In this document: piece after piece, positions 62,296 through 64,000 of the stretch
Position numbering within the stretch: position 1 is the stretch's first letter
Layout of the letters: every line of letters starts with the position of its first letter
Assembly (NCBI GenBank): GCA_965153455.1
Contig: OZ234493.1
Coordinates: forward strand, 19,396,213 to 19,460,212
DNA length: 64,000 bases
Origin: Sphagnum compactum
Lineage: Eukaryota
Direction: 5' to 3'
Made by a program: the position numbers and the translations under genes
Notes under the pieces: generated by a model
The model's database searches: none
What the model saw: only the letters and a program-made list of their open reading frames with translations
Told to the model about the DNA's origin: nothing

Positions 62296-64000
62296 GCATC
62301 TAGATGCCACTAAATGTTGTCATTGTTCATGGAATGCCAAACAATAGACCACTAGCATGGCACTTATTTAATAGAAATCCATTTTATTGTTTGAATGTCT
62401 TTCATTAATGAACAAGTGTAACTATGATCAATTCCCAAATCAAACCAAAAAAAAGTTGCTGTAAGTTATGTTTAATTTACCAAATATTAACCATCATTGT
62501 TAGAATTTATTTATTTTTCATTACTAAACAAGGCAATTATTGCAAAATTTTGAAATTTGACTTAACATAGGGTATCAATTTTTTTTCTTAGAATTTTGGA
62601 CCAACCAAGTATCAAATGGCTACTACACTAGGATATTAATATTTTTAAAGTACATATGGATTAATAATCGTTGGGTATGCATAAGGGCCAGTTTTTGCAA
62701 TAACCTACCTTGAATTGGACTCAATATGATTATACATATAGGCCTTTATTTTGTGATGAAAGCTTGAAATGAAGATGGTAGCCATTAAAGGGCAAAAGGC
62801 CTTAAACCAAGTGATCATTCAATCTATGTCCATTATTGACAAAAGATAACTATTGTCGAAAGTTGAAAGGGACTAACTTTGCAAAGAAGTACATGAACAA
62901 AATGATATGAGGTTTAATTTTGGGCAAAATAAAAAAGAAAAAATTACCCCCAAATGGATGGAAGATTTACCAGTATAAATTTATCTTGCTATTCATGTTT
63001 TTCATCTAGCATTTTGATGATATTTAATTAAGATAAATATTTCTTGTTGTTCATGTATTTCATCTAGCATTTGATAATATATTTAATTAATATAAATTTC
63101 TATTTTTTTGTTATTGTTTTTCACGTAACATTTTGATGATATTTACTTAATATAAATATATCCTAGACCTCACTTCATTTTTTCTTGAATTTACATCTTT
63201 AAAATGAAATCATTTAACTTGTTCCAATTTCATTTCAAACCACATGGGGACCACATTGTGAAAATTCACCCTAACAAAATTCATTGGGACTCTTGTTCAA
63301 AGATTTATTTTGATGAATATCTTTCTTGAACTTTTTGACATTGAATAATGATATATAGTCCTTTTAATTATGTCCAAAGGGTGAAAAAGCAGACTACAAT
63401 GAACCAAAAATGGTGGATGTGGTGTTCATAATTAGTCTTTTTCATAGTGTAAAACTGGAGTCATTATTTCAAAATCGTAAACATCCCCCCCTATAAACAA
63501 AAAAATTGTGGATTTCAAGAAAGGCATCCTTTGAAAATCCTACATACTATTTACATTTTGAAATGTAACTTAAAATTCATCAATGTGTGGATTTCAAGGA
63601 CTAAATTCAACAATTAGCTCAGAATTTTTCATAAAATTTTCAAATATTCATTTTTTATGAATTAATTAATTCTAAATCTACATTCATGATACCACTCCAC
63701 CAAAAAAACAGGAATTTATTGGTATAGTTCATGATGCATTTTTGAATCCATAACACAAATTATGGAATGTGACAACACAATTGGCCTAATTTAAAAAATC
63801 CACTTTGAGTTCATAATATCATTATTTGTCATTCTATTTTTACAATGTTTTCGACTTGTACCCTACTCCTAAAAAATGGGTTTTTCCCAACATTTCATCA
63901 TAATTTCAAAGTTGTATAAGCCTAAAACTTAACACCCTCGTGAAAATTACAATGTGACACCAAAAAATGGATTGTCTAATGTGCTTTCACCCCAAAGGAG

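Overview
This is AT-rich, intron-containing land-plant nuclear DNA. The repeat content and NLR type suggest a bryophyte, probably a Sphagnum-like moss (inference). (1) 1-15.5 kb: a head-to-head inverted duplication of an alpha/beta-hydrolase-NB-ARC-LRR immune receptor gene. The + strand copy splices into an open ~1,200-1,260 aa frame with about 21 LRRs, followed by about 24 more decaying 72-bp LRR units. The - strand copy is a pseudogene that runs off the left edge. (2) 16.9-17.8 kb: a solo LTR with a 5-bp TSD, inside probable LINE debris. (3) 22.7-30.5 kb: a full-length non-chromovirus Ty3/Gypsy element with ~98% identical 744-bp LTRs, an unknown extra ORF upstream of gag, a PBS that overlaps the 5' LTR end, and no clean TSD. 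(4) 35.3-50.7 kb: a tandem segmental duplication whose junction carries a 27-bp filler identical to sequence 20 kb upstream. It contains CACTA MITEs (one with an empty paralogous site), a 26-bp hairpin, and two inverted copies of a dimeric hAT-like minisatellite element with 8-bp TSDs. (5) 53.5-54.4 kb: a decayed spliced C2H2 zinc-finger gene missed by the ORF track, followed by satellites and telomere-like repeats. All alignments were done by eye and no database searches were run.
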